Position numbers and translations under genes: made by a program
Source of the DNA: a virus
Lineage: Duplodnaviria > Caudoviricetes
Strand: one strand, 5' to 3'
DNA length: 64,000 bases
IMG/VR virus record: IMGVR_UViG_3300048858_000099
Span: 5,373-69,372 of that record
In this document: in pieces, positions 9,737 through 19,273 of the stretch
Position numbering within the stretch: position 1 is the first letter of the stretch
How the letters are laid out: each line of letters opens with the position of its first letter
The notes under the pieces: model-generated
Databases searched by the model: none
Seen by the model: the letters and a program-made list of their open reading frames with translations, nothing else
Told to the model about the DNA's origin: nothing

Positions 9737-11182
9737 CTAGAAGCTCTGACTGATCGCCGTCTTGACGATCTGGATTTCCACGTACTCAGCCGTCGGGCTC
9801 ATGCGTACCCCGATGACCGCATGCAGCTCACCGTTCTCGATGGTCTGCGGCGTGTTCACGGAGTTGCTGACGTCCACGTAGAAGGCTTCGCCTGGAGTGT
9901 CGCCGTAGAGCGCGCGAGCGTTGTAGTGGCGCGTGAGCATGCCGGTCAGTGCGCCAGCGAACTCAGCCAACTTCTGGCCCTTGCCGTCAATCTGCTGGAA
10001 CAGGAACGACTCGGCGATGGCCTCCGCGTCGGAAACGATGACCATCCGTAGGCGCTGGTTCGTGAGCTGCCCCCAGGTGGGGTCGGTCGCCCGAGCGAGA
10101 GTGCGGTTGGCGTACAGCGTTACTACGCCGTCGAACGCGCGAAGAAGGTTGAGCCCGGCTGTGTTGAGACTGTCGCGCTCTGCATCGGTGTACGGGGCTT
10201 GTGTAAGCCCGAGCGCGTACTTGGCGCGACCCTGGGTGCCGGCCGCGGCTTCGTTGGGCGATCGGGTGGCGTCCGAGCGAGCCAAGAGGCCGGCAGCGAG
10301 AGCCGACGGGGGGACGACGCGGACAGCGCCGGCGAGCTGTGGGTTCGGAACGGTGATCCACGGCCCGAAGAGCGCACCGTACTCGTCACCCTGCAGGCCC
10401 TGGGCCTCACTGACCAGGACCGAAGCGGATGAGGTGTCAACGACGTCGAGAAGGGCCTGCCGATTGAAGGCGCGGGCGTGCGCGATGAGCGAGGCGCGAG
10501 TGTTGGGTGTCGTTGATCCTGGCACTGACACCTGACCGGGACCGAAGTCGGTCGTGAACTTCGTCAGCCCAGCGGCACGCACGGTGTCGCTGACTGCTCC
10601 GTAATCGTCAGTGCCACCAGTCAGGGCAGTTGCCGCGACGACCTTGGGGTTGAGTGAAGAGGCGTCAGACGGGAGGGTGAGCTTCACCCACCGTTCGTCG
10701 TCGTTCGCCCACGCGATGGCATCGGCTTGACTGGCGAGGCTTGGGGAACGGTCGACGACCCCCCGCGCAGCGTGGGTGACGACGATGACGAACTGACCCG
10801 AGGTTGCGCCCGCTTGCACCGCTACGGAGAGTTGGCCACCCCAGGCGCCCGCATCCCGAGCGGCCACCCGTAGCGAGTTGCCGTCGCTTGCGTCGGTCAG
10901 GGTCAGCCCAGCAGTCGTGGCACTCGGCCCAGCGACACGCTGGACGACAGCGGTATTCCCGCCCTCACGGAAGAAGGTGTCGAGCGAATCGAAGAGGAGC
11001 GACTGAGTGATGCGCGTCCCGAAGTAGCGATCGAACTCTGTCATGTTGCGGATGGTCTGAGGCTTGTCGAGAGGCCCACGCTCGGCGGCACCAACGACGA
11101 ACCATACGCCCGTCAGTGATGCACCAGAGCGCGCAGTAGGGCTGGTGCGAGTGGTGACGGCGGTGCCTGGACGGTACGGCAT
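9737..11182 (-). CDS. Contractile tail sheath protein
   Basis: G..ERGP, FFREGG..A.V.RV, VPPS, LN..G.N, FQQID, PTAEYV motifs. Confidence 0.95.
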   Translation of the reverse strand: MPYRPGTAVTTRTSPTARSGASLTGVWFVVGAAERGPLDKPQTIRNMTEFDRYFGTRITQSLLFDSLDTFFREGGNTAVVQRVAGPSATTAGLTLTDASDGNSLRVAARDAGAWGGQLSVAVQAGATSGQFVIVVTHAARGVVDRSPSLASQADAIAWANDDERWVKLTLPSDASSLNPKVVAATALTGGTDDYGAVSDTVRAAGLTKFTTDFGPGQVSVPGSTTPNTRASLIAHARAFNRQALLDVVDTSSASVLVSEAQGLQGDEYGALFGPWITVPNPQLAGAVRVVPPSALAAGLLARSDATRSPNEAAAGTQGRAKYALGLTQAPYTDAERDSLNTAGLNLLRAFDGVVTLYANRTLARATDPTWGQLTNQRLRMVIVSDAEAIAESFLFQQIDGKGQKLAEFAGALTGMLTRHYNARALYGDTPGEAFYVDVSNSVNTPQTIENGELHAVIGVRMSPTAEYVEIQIVKTAISQSF

Positions 11183-11187
11183 GGGGC

Positions 11188-11355
11188 TTACGACTCCTGC
11201 TTGGTGGTCTTGCTCTTGGCGCCGAGCGCGGGAGCCTTCTGCGGTACTTCGGTCAGGTTCATGGGGACGACCTCGAACTCGCCGACGTCACCGGGGGCAA
11301 GTGAGCCCTCTGGGGTGTCTACCGGGTAGGAGTTGCAGTTCTTGGCCCTGATCAC
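11188..11355 (-). CDS. Small hypothetical virion-module protein (55 aa)
   Basis: Translated by hand (VIRAKNCNSYPVDTPEGSLAPGDVGEF...); GTG overlaps the upstream stop. Confidence 0.6.
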   Translation of the reverse strand: MIRAKNCNSYPVDTPEGSLAPGDVGEFEVVPMNLTEVPQKAPALGAKSKTTKQES

Positions 11356-11984
11356 AGGCTGACCTTTCGCACGTCGATGTGCGTTGATTCGATGATGCGG
11401 CCGTCGAAGTCGCCAGGACCGTCGGACGGCTGAGAGATGCCGAGCTGGGTATCGAGAACCTTCTGAATGCCCACCTCAAATGTAACCCGCCCAACACCGA
11501 AGGTGCGGGAATCGCGGTCGTCAGCTTCCCCGTAGTCCTCGTCCATCCACACGACGGACTCGGCCGGCCCGGTCTTGACCGTCTCGGTCTCCTCGTCCCA
11601 GTAGGGCAGAGAGGGATGCTGTAGGAGCGCGGCGCGCATCGCTGCGCAGTAGATCTCGACCATCTCTTTCGTGACCTCGCGGTCCGTCGAGGAGAGGATG
11701 ACCACTGCCGACAGATCCCAGGACGCGGACCAGTAGTTCTCGTTGCGCGTCGGGTTGTCGGCCAGGCCTGGGCACATCACCACACACGCTGGTAGGTGAT
11801 CCTCCGGGAACGCTTCGAGGTCGTTCGAGCGTACGTAGGAGTTGAACGGCTCGAGTGCATTTCGCTCATGTCCTGACTGCACCGCCACCTCGCCGAGGTA
11901 GTCCGGCAGGAAGGTCTGCAGGGTACGGATTGCGGCCTGACTGACGACCGAGCCCGTGATGATGGTCCCGAACTGGCTGGGCAC
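11352..11984 (-). CDS. Tail completion/terminator-like protein
   Basis: Position between neck genes and sheath; acidic, 210 aa. Confidence 0.6.
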   Translation of the reverse strand: MPSQFGTIITGSVVSQAAIRTLQTFLPDYLGEVAVQSGHERNALEPFNSYVRSNDLEAFPEDHLPACVVMCPGLADNPTRNENYWSASWDLSAVVILSSTDREVTKEMVEIYCAAMRAALLQHPSLPYWDEETETVKTGPAESVVWMDEDYGEADDRDSRTFGVGRVTFEVGIQKVLDTQLGISQPSDGPGDFDGRIIESTHIDVRKVSL

Positions 11985-12472
11985 TACGCCCTCCGTCCAG
12001 TCAGCACGTAGCGCCGGAAGATGAGGCGGTACTGGTCCTTCTGCTTCTCGGTGAGGGAGATGGGACGGCGCCGAGGGAGGATCGGCTTGCCGTTGCGCAT
12101 CTTGCGCGGGCGCAGGCTGTGGTGGTACTTCGCGTAGGGCACTCGGGAACCGAACTCAAGTCTGTCGGCGCTGACGTCGTAGACGGAATCGCTGCTCCTG
12201 GCTGTCAGGGAACGCTTGAGTCGACCCGTCGCGATGAGAATGTCGAGCGGCTGACGACGCTGACGCTTGGCCGCGAGGGTGCTCTCAGCGAGCCGCTTCC
12301 AGGCTCCGTCGTAGGTGCTGAGGCCCTTCGTACCGAACGCCAGTGCCTCGTCTTTCTTGAACTGACGGTGCATGGCCGGGGCCACATTCTTCAGCGACGT
12401 GCGCTGGCTGAGCCGATGAAGGCGGCGGAGGACAGCCTTGTTGCCGGTGACCGTGAGGCGAGCGGTTACCAA
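11984..12472 (-). CDS. Virion morphogenesis (Mu gpG-like) neck protein
   Basis: W..LAESTL, ILIATGRLKRSL, FGSRVPYAKYH, LPRRRPI motifs. Confidence 0.85.
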   Translation of the reverse strand: MVTARLTVTGNKAVLRRLHRLSQRTSLKNVAPAMHRQFKKDEALAFGTKGLSTYDGAWKRLAESTLAAKRQRRQPLDILIATGRLKRSLTARSSDSVYDVSADRLEFGSRVPYAKYHHSLRPRKMRNGKPILPRRRPISLTEKQKDQYRLIFRRYVLTGRRA

Positions 12473-12927
12473 CGGACGCCGCTTGCTGGGGCGCCGACAG
12501 CTGGGAAGCCGTAGGCGGGCATGCCGGAAGTGATGACCGTGCCGCCGTCTCCGGGGTCCTCAGTCCCCTCCGCGGTTGCGGAGATGAGCAGTGCCAGCTC
12601 CTTGTCGTACTCAGCCATGAGGGCGTCGTACGCGGAGCGATCGGTCTCTAGCTGCTCCGGGAAGTAGGCACGCTCGATCCAAGCGGCGGCGAGGATCGCG
12701 GCAGCGATGCCGGCCGAGTCCTCAAGACGCTCGGGCATCTCTGGGCCGACAGCGGACTTGACCCGTCGGGCAGCGTCGGCAGCGATGGCTGTCACCTGCA
12801 CTGCGGTGGGACGCGTGGCGTCGGTGAACGTGTCGAGGTAGCGGGTGCTTCGCAGCTCTTTCGTCCGGGTCGGGATGTAGCCCGCGACCTGGGCCACCGT
12901 CGGCACCCAGGTCGGCGGCGTGGCCAC
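12466..12927 (-). CDS. Head-tail adaptor protein
   Basis: Synteny; helical 153 aa protein. Confidence 0.65.
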   Translation of the reverse strand: MATPPTWVPTVAQVAGYIPTRTKELRSTRYLDTFTDATRPTAVQVTAIAADAARRVKSAVGPEMPERLEDSAGIAAAILAAAWIERAYFPEQLETDRSAYDALMAEYDKELALLISATAEGTEDPGDGGTVITSGMPAYGFPAVGAPASGVRW

Positions 12928-13712
12928 TAGGCCTCGGTGAGCTTGGTCAGCCCCTCGATGACGCCCTTGCGCTTCTTGCCCTTGTCGGCCTGTTCGGCCT
13001 CCAGGAGGGTGGCAACGTCCTCGGGGTGATCTTCGGCGTAAGCCAAGACGGCACCCTCGTTGCCTTCGAGCACGGTGGGGGCATCGAGCGCACTTGCTGA
13101 CGGGTCGAACGTCTCGGTGCTCGGGATGCCCTGGCCGGTGGTGTCAGCGGGGAGCAGGGGCGCCGAGGTGTGAATGCCGTCGAGCGCGTCAATGACTTCC
13201 TTGCGCTTCTGGCCGCTTAGCTCCGCCGTACGCAGAGCCGACACGGTCTCGGGACGCTCCGTTGCGTAGGCCACGATGTCGGCGACGTCACCCTTGACTA
13301 GGGCGATCGGGTCGAACGAGAGCTGCGCGGCGTCCAGGGTGGGGGACGCGGGATCCTTCCCCAGGCGAGCCCGCAAGCCCTTGAGGAGGTCGGCGCGCTC
13401 TTGGCCCCGCTCCTCTTCGACCAAGATCTTGTCGACCAGACCGAGCGGGTAGCTCGCGGCCTGGGCAAGGATCTCGGGGATGCGACCCGAGTCGAGGTAG
13501 CTGATGACCTGCTGGACGGAAGCGTTCTCATTCAGCTCAAGGAGCACCCCCGGCACCATCAGCTCGTCGTCGACGCTCGTGACAGCGCCCTTGCCTTCGA
13601 GACGCTTGAGGTCTTCTGCGTCGAAGTCGATGACGTCCCCGCGCGATGCCGACAGCGCAATGCCGTCCTTGGTGTAGTTGACGCCTGCCCAGACGACCTT
13701 CCGGAGCGCCAT
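12927..13712 (-). CDS. Head-module protein with three ~45 aa internal repeats
   Basis: Three modules of the form (G/A).V..V.(A/S)Y......V..(L/I)...E......R..(V/L)(I/L)..L. Confidence 0.6.
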   Translation of the reverse strand: MALRKVVWAGVNYTKDGIALSASRGDVIDFDAEDLKRLEGKGAVTSVDDELMVPGVLLELNENASVQQVISYLDSGRIPEILAQAASYPLGLVDKILVEEERGQERADLLKGLRARLGKDPASPTLDAAQLSFDPIALVKGDVADIVAYATERPETVSALRTAELSGQKRKEVIDALDGIHTSAPLLPADTTGQGIPSTETFDPSASALDAPTVLEGNEGAVLAYAEDHPEDVATLLEAEQADKGKKRKGVIEGLTKLTEA

Positions 13713-14632
13713 TAGCCGCGCACTCCGGTGATCTGCAGGATCGCGTAAGGGTTGTCCACGAACATGGCCGGTCGGACCGAGGACTTGACCGTGAACTTCT
13801 CCACGAGTTTGTCCTCGACGCTGACGGTCTGGAGGGGCTGCTCCACGCGGTACTGGCCAACCTGGCCGGCACCCGCGATGGCGTACACCGAGCCAGCGGC
13901 TACGTGGGTGCTCACGAAGAGCACGTCGAAGCCGTAGTCCGAGAGGACGGCGCTGAGGTCCTGGCCGTAGAAGAGGCGCAGGGTCGTCATGTCACGCGGG
14001 TGGATGACCAGCGTGTTGTAGACGAGGCCAAGCTCTCGGAGGTCGTTGGTCTCGATGACCTTGGCGAGGTCAGCGATAGGCGTGAGCGCCGGAGCCGTCG
14101 GGTTCGAGCCGTTCGGGATCGCCGCGGTCCAGTTGTGACCCTCGATGATGCCCGCACCGCCGAGACTGGCGATGCCCTTGTTCAGCTCTTCGAGCGCCCG
14201 CAAATTGAGCTTGCGGATGATCGAGTTGGCGAGCTGGACGTTGTTGCGACCGAGCTGACGGATGTCGTTGCGGTCACGAGCCTCGTAGGTGTACTCGTAC
14301 TCGCCACCCCACTTCTCGGGCGATGCCTGGCCGAGGACCTGGCGGTTGAAGGTGACCAGCGGGAACGCGGCTCCGGGGGCGACCTGGGCGACGTCGCGAA
14401 CCGGGTAGAAGTCGTTCAGACCCTGGCTCTCGAAGATGATCGCGCCGCCTGACATGCCACCGCCGTTGTCGAAGATGACGTCGAGTAGGAAGCGTGAGCG
14501 GTTGATGTTGAGGTAGTCGGTCAGGAAGCGGTTGGCTCGCGTCGGCTCCTTGACGAGGGTGTCCGCCGAGTAGACGGGACCGTTAACGCTGCCCGGGTCG
14601 AGGGGATACATGGTGGGTGCAGGTGTTGGCAC
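13712..14632 (-). CDS. Major capsid protein
   Basis: 306 aa, after cement and scaffold genes; VAPGAAFP, PEKWGG, NTLVIHP motifs resemble actinophage capsids. Confidence 0.85.
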   Translation of the reverse strand: MPTPAPTMYPLDPGSVNGPVYSADTLVKEPTRANRFLTDYLNINRSRFLLDVIFDNGGGMSGGAIIFESQGLNDFYPVRDVAQVAPGAAFPLVTFNRQVLGQASPEKWGGEYEYTYEARDRNDIRQLGRNNVQLANSIIRKLNLRALEELNKGIASLGGAGIIEGHNWTAAIPNGSNPTAPALTPIADLAKVIETNDLRELGLVYNTLVIHPRDMTTLRLFYGQDLSAVLSDYGFDVLFVSTHVAAGSVYAIAGAGQVGQYRVEQPLQTVSVEDKLVEKFTVKSSVRPAMFVDNPYAILQITGVRG

Positions 14633-14640
14633 GGGCGCTC

Positions 14641-15057
14641 CTAAAGGATCTCGATGTAGACGACGGCGCCGCTAGCTGCCGTGGTGTGGGCTTTGCCAAC
14701 GTGGACCGTGGTCGCACCGCTCGATGCGCGGGTCTTGGGCTTGCCAGCGGTGCCAACCTCGATCGGGTCGTTGGCAGTGATGTTGCCGTCGGCGACCATG
14801 GGGACGACGTTGCCGTGGCGGAGATAGGCGACCTTCTTGTTGCTCGCGCAGTCCTGCGCCGAGACACCAACGGCCGCGGTGCCGGCCGCTGCCGTGGCTA
14901 TGCGGAAGTTACTGCCGTCGGTGGCCGTGGTCAGCTCGGGACCGGACTGGATAGTTCCCGAGAGGCCGACGAACGTGCCGCCAGTGACGGGGGCGGTGCA
15001 GTGACCAGTGAGGTCAGGGTCACCGCCGCGGTAGAGAGGGATGCACTCGTTGGCCAT
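14641..15057 (-). CDS. Capsid cement/decoration protein (DUF2190-like)
   Basis: GVSAQD, ADGNITANDPIEVGTAGK, VGKAHTTAASG patterns; start ATG at 15057. Confidence 0.75.
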   Translation of the reverse strand: MANECIPLYRGGDPDLTGHCTAPVTGGTFVGLSGTIQSGPELTTATDGSNFRIATAAAGTAAVGVSAQDCASNKKVAYLRHGNVVPMVADGNITANDPIEVGTAGKPKTRASSGATTVHVGKAHTTAASGAVVYIEIL

Positions 15058-16565
15058 TATGCGTTCGCCTTTCGGACTGAGAGGAGACTTCCCCACTCGG
15101 CGGGATACTCCGCGGTCTCGCTGGCTTCGACGTCTTCGCCATGACCGCTGTGACCCTGCTCGGTGACGTTGATCGTGCCCTTGGGGAACGACTCGATGGT
15201 GGCGCGCACCTCGGAGGCGTTGACGCTATCGAGCGCCTTGCGCCACTGGCCCTTCACCGCAGGAGCGATGCGACCGTCCTTGAGTGCGGCGGCGATGAAC
15301 TCATCGTTCTCGCGCGCCTCGGCGGCGAGACGCATCTCGCGGAGGCGGCCGAGTTCAGCCTGTGACTCGTTCCACGCCGCGGCGTCGACCATGACAGTTT
15401 CGGGCGTGACAGCTTCGTCAGCCTTCTGCTGCGGCACCGTGACGGGCGGGGAGCCCGGAGGAGTGGCGGGTGGCGTGTCGTCGTCCTCGTCGCCCTCTGG
15501 CTCGATGTTCGAGTCGGTGGTCACCGGAGCGGTCTTGAGGCCAGCGATGGCCTCCGCGATCTGCTCATCGGTGGCACCCTCTTCGAGGCCAAGAGCCTCC
15601 AGGTGTTCAGGGTTCACGGGCTGTTCCTCGCTTGCGTGGATTGAGTCATTCGACCTATTGACATCTTTAGCAGGGCGCGACTTCTCGGGGGTGGAATACC
15701 AGGTGGCTCCCGAACCGTCTGCGGCAGAAGCGGCTACGTCCTCGGTGACCTCTTGAAAGACTTCTTTGACCTTGACCGCCTCGCCGAACGTCACCGAGTC
15801 GTCGTTGGCGTTGGTCGTGTAAGGCACCTTGAGCAGGTACGGGACGGTGCGATCGTCGCTGACGATGAGTTCGGGCGGGTCTACGAACGTTGCTCGAATC
15901 CACCGCGCGTAGTAGTCCTCTTGGTCGAGGCTGTCGTAGTACTCGCGGCGAATGTCATCGGCCGAAACTGAGGCCTCGATGTTCTGCGACTTCTTGGGTT
16001 TGGTGGGCATGTCTGGTCCTTTCGCGACGACACCACCGTCGTCGTCTGCAAGTGAGGCGGCCACCACGAGTTCGTCTGCGTCGACGAACGTGATGTCATC
16101 GACGGACTCGGCGGTCGCGAGGGATTCGATGTCGGCCAGTGTGCTGATCGCTGGGTACACGGTGCCGAGGAGGGCGTCCGCCCGGAGGACGAAGGGGTAG
16201 ACCTTGCCGCGGGGGGTCGGGTACTCGAACCGCCCTTCGATGGAACGGCGCGGGTACATGGTGGGCATGTTGTCGTCGAGCCACAGGGGCATGTCAACGT
16301 GATCGCCGTAGAGGGTCATGCCGTCTGCGGACAGACTCAGGTTCACAACCTTGCCGAACGCGGGCTCGCCGCCGTTGGCGGTCAGCTCCGTGTTGTAGGG
16401 CGACTTGTGCCCGAGTTTGATGACGGCCGGTCGAACCGCAGGGTCGAGAGACGCGTCGACGGCCGACTGCAGATGTTCCTGGGTGAAGGTCACCGGGCCG
16501 GTCGAGAGCGGCCACTCTTCGCCTACGTGGATGAGTTCGATGCGCTTGCGTACGCCACCTGGCAT
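15057..16565 (-). CDS. Mu-like prohead protease/scaffold fusion
   Basis: VIKLGH, PAFGKV, YPRRSIEG, ALLGTVYPA, then a scaffold-like tail with AALKDGRIAPA. Start reassigned to ATG at 16565. Confidence 0.85.
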   Translation of the reverse strand: MPGGVRKRIELIHVGEEWPLSTGPVTFTQEHLQSAVDASLDPAVRPAVIKLGHKSPYNTELTANGGEPAFGKVVNLSLSADGMTLYGDHVDMPLWLDDNMPTMYPRRSIEGRFEYPTPRGKVYPFVLRADALLGTVYPAISTLADIESLATAESVDDITFVDADELVVAASLADDDGGVVAKGPDMPTKPKKSQNIEASVSADDIRREYYDSLDQEDYYARWIRATFVDPPELIVSDDRTVPYLLKVPYTTNANDDSVTFGEAVKVKEVFQEVTEDVAASAADGSGATWYSTPEKSRPAKDVNRSNDSIHASEEQPVNPEHLEALGLEEGATDEQIAEAIAGLKTAPVTTDSNIEPEGDEDDDTPPATPPGSPPVTVPQQKADEAVTPETVMVDAAAWNESQAELGRLREMRLAAEARENDEFIAAALKDGRIAPAVKGQWRKALDSVNASEVRATIESFPKGTINVTEQGHSGHGEDVEASETAEYPAEWGSLLSVRKANA

Positions 16566-16609
16566 TTGCGGACCAGCGTAGGTCGAACGACCCAGGGGGA
16601 GCGGGACGG

Positions 16610-17236
16610 TCAGCTGGGACGGTAGCCACGAGCCGCTACAACGTGAAGCGTTGCGGCACCGAGCGAGAGCGCGATGAGCGCCGAGTTCTTGACCTGGATC
16701 TGGCATGTGGTCGTCGTGCGACTCGCCAGAACGGGGGATGCGCTCAAGCTACCCAGCAGTCCAGAGGGCGACGTGATGGAGCACGCGATGCTGTAGTCGG
16801 TGTTGGGTGCCGGGATACTGAACGTAACGGTGACGGTGCTGACGGCCCCGATTGAGGTGGCCCGTCTGGCCGCCGTCCTGTCATCCAGCCAGTACTTCGT
16901 AGCGTTCAGGGCCGCAATCTCGCTGTTCAGGCTGTCTGCCTTGTTCATCGCCGACGTGGCCGTACCGCCCGCACTGTTCGCCTTCGACATCGCAGCACTG
17001 GCCGCAGCCGCGAGCTGCTGGTGTGCAAGTTCGGCGGCAGCGATCTCGCCACTGGCCTTATCTGCTGCAGCCTGCAGCGCGGTGAGGTCGTTCTTCTTGG
17101 CGGCCACGGCCTCTAGGTCGGTAGCGACCTTCTGGGCGCGGTCGGCAGCAGCCTTCGCCTCGTCAGCGGCGGCTCGCGCTGTCGCCGCGGCTCGCTGAAC
17201 CGCCTCTACCTCCTTGTGGGTTGCGTGCTCGGGCAT
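16610..17236 (-). CDS. Fibre-like protein: Ala-rich coiled coil plus C-terminal beta domain
   Basis: ATG at 17236 coupled (TGATG) to the upstream frame; C-terminus TVTFSIPAPNTDYSIACS resembles fibre tip domains. Confidence 0.6.
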   Translation of the reverse strand: MPEHATHKEVEAVQRAAATARAAADEAKAAADRAQKVATDLEAVAAKKNDLTALQAAADKASGEIAAAELAHQQLAAAASAAMSKANSAGGTATSAMNKADSLNSEIAALNATKYWLDDRTAARRATSIGAVSTVTVTFSIPAPNTDYSIACSITSPSGLLGSLSASPVLASRTTTTCQIQVKNSALIALSLGAATLHVVAARGYRPS

Positions 17237-17712
17237 CAGATGGGGGAGGAGTTCCAGACCCCACTGGTGGTGGCCGTGAACCGCCAACGCTGGCCGTTCG
17301 TATCCGTCATGACGACACCCCGCAGCGGGTCGGTGATCACGACGTCCTCGGAGCCAACCTTGTCGACCTTCTCGTCATCAGCGGCGGCACGCGCTTAGGC
17401 CTCGGTGTCGACCGCGGCCAGAGCCTCGTCGAGCACGGTGGACTGAGCGCTACTGGCGGCGGTGACGATCCGCGTCTGGAGGTCAAGGACTGCAGCGCGT
17501 CGGTCGTCGACCTCGCGGGAGAGTGCCTGGCTCAGCTGATCGACGGCGCGTCGGCGTAGTTCGGCCTCGGGGACCGGGCCGGCGTCTGGTCCCGCCAGTT
17601 CGAGAAGGGCCAGCAGACGGTCGATGAGGTCGAAGTTCCCGGCGACCTCTGCGGCAGTGAGCGGTCGTGCCGCGGGGAGGGTGAGCCCGACACGGGCCTC
17701 GGTAACCGTCAT
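17236..17712 (-). pseudogene. Fibre-like gene interrupted by an in-frame TAA at 17395-17397 (nonsense mutation or readthrough)
   Basis: Frame continues after TAA as ARAAADDEKVDK...GVVMTDTNGQRWRFTATTSG...PI-TGA, and that TGA overlaps the next ATG. Confidence 0.6.
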
Positions 17713-17740
17713 TGCTCACCAGGCTAGTTTCGGGAACGAC

Positions 17741-17776
17741 AGAGGGCAGTGACCGCGGACCTGGTCACTGCCCTCT
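17741..17776. terminator. 14-bp inverted repeat downstream of hsdM
   Basis: AGAGGGCAGTGACC-gcggacct-GGTCACTGCCCTCT. Confidence 0.7.
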
Positions 17777-17788
17777 TTAGACTCACCC

Positions 17789-19273
17789 CTAGTCTGTTTC
17801 GACGTACGCCTCCAGCGATGCCGCCACCGCTTCGAACTCGGCGAGGGCAGCAGTGAGGTCCTCGACGATCTCGCGCGCGATCACGTCTGGCGCGGGAAGG
17901 CTATTGAGATCTTCGAGAGACTCATCCTTGAGCCACTTGAGGTCCAAGTTTACGAGCTCTCGGGTGATCAACTCGTCAAACGTGAAACGCTTGAACCGCT
18001 CGGACTCGACCCTTTCACCCCGGGGTTTACCGATCAAGTACGAGTCCACAAAATCTTGCAGATGCTCCCGCAGTAGTGGTTGGCGTTTAAGCGTGAAGTG
18101 CTTATTTGTCCTCATGTCGTACACCCACATGGCCTCTGTCCATGGTTCTTCGCGAGCGGGGCGCTTCTCGAAGAAAAGAACGTTTGCCTTGACTCCGGGC
18201 TTGTAGAAGATGCCCGTCGGCAGGCGAAGCATCGTGTGAAGGTCGAAGTTGTTGAGTAGGTGACGTCGGATGGTCTCGCCCGCGCCGCCCTCGAACAGGA
18301 CGTTGTCCGGGAGGACAACGGCCGCTCGCCCATTCATCTCCAGCAGCGTGCAGATGTGCTGCATGAAGTTGAACTGCTTATTCGCCGTCGTGGCAACGAA
18401 GTCCGCTCTTTCGATCTCGCGATCCTCATCCACTTCGCTGCCGTCGGCAGCGACCATCTTCATCGAGGACTTACGCCCGAAGGGCGGGTTCGATAGCACG
18501 ACCGAATAGCGCTCGGCAGGAGGAGCAATCAGGGAGTCACGCACCTCTATGAGACTGTCTCCGCTTGGGGACCCAATGCCGTGAAGGACCATGTTCATCG
18601 CAGCTAGTCGAGCCGTGTTGTCGACGAGTTCGATGCCATGAATAAAGGCCTCGTTCAGATGCTTGCGCTGCGTCGGCGTGTAACTTTCCGCGTCTTGAGA
18701 TGCGAACTCGTGGGCGACGAGCAGAAACCCACCCGTGCCTGCTGCGGGGTCTACGACTCTGTCATTGACGGTCGGTTCAACGCATTCGACGACGGCTTGA
18801 ATCACGGAACGAGGCGTGAAGTATTGGCCCGCACCGGACTTGGTGTCCTCCGCGCCACGCGCCAACAGCTCTTCGTACGCGTCCCCCTTGATGTCGACGC
18901 CAGTGGCCGACCAGTTCTCCTTGTCAATTAGATCCTTGACGAGGCGCTTGAGCTTTGCTGGGTCCGCGATACGGTTCTGAGACTTGCGGAAAATCTGGCC
19001 AAGTACGCCGGGCTTACTCCCCAGGCCTTGCAGGGTCCTGCGATACTGCTCTTCTAGTGCGGCCCCGTCGGCACGCACCAGCTTCTGCCAGGAGTACTCA
19101 GGTGGGACGATGACTTCCGGGCGAATCTTGCGATTCTCGCGTTCGTCAGCCATCTTCAGGAAAAGGAGGCAGGTCAGCTGCTCTGTGTACTCAATAGTGC
19201 TGACACCCTCGTCGCGAAGATGATGGCAGTAAGCCCACAGTTTCTCGACTAGCCGGCGAGACTCAGCGCTCAT
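17789..19273 (-). CDS. hsdM: Type I restriction-modification methyltransferase subunit M
   Basis: GQYFTPR, DPAAGTGGFL (motif I), NPPFG (motif IV, N6-adenine type). Confidence 0.97.
   Translation of the reverse strand: MSAESRRLVEKLWAYCHHLRDEGVSTIEYTEQLTCLLFLKMADERENRKIRPEVIVPPEYSWQKLVRADGAALEEQYRRTLQGLGSKPGVLGQIFRKSQNRIADPAKLKRLVKDLIDKENWSATGVDIKGDAYEELLARGAEDTKSGAGQYFTPRSVIQAVVECVEPTVNDRVVDPAAGTGGFLLVAHEFASQDAESYTPTQRKHLNEAFIHGIELVDNTARLAAMNMVLHGIGSPSGDSLIEVRDSLIAPPAERYSVVLSNPPFGRKSSMKMVAADGSEVDEDREIERADFVATTANKQFNFMQHICTLLEMNGRAAVVLPDNVLFEGGAGETIRRHLLNNFDLHTMLRLPTGIFYKPGVKANVLFFEKRPAREEPWTEAMWVYDMRTNKHFTLKRQPLLREHLQDFVDSYLIGKPRGERVESERFKRFTFDELITRELVNLDLKWLKDESLEDLNSLPAPDVIAREIVEDLTAALAEFEAVAASLEAYVETD

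Noticed and set aside
2614-11182. Extracellular contractile injection system (eCIS/tailocin)
   Set aside because: Terminase, portal, protease and capsid genes lie in the same co-oriented module, so this is a phage tail.
17395-17397. Genome-wide stop-codon reassignment
   Set aside because: TAA, TAG and TGA all end well-defined genes elsewhere and no suppressor tRNA is present.
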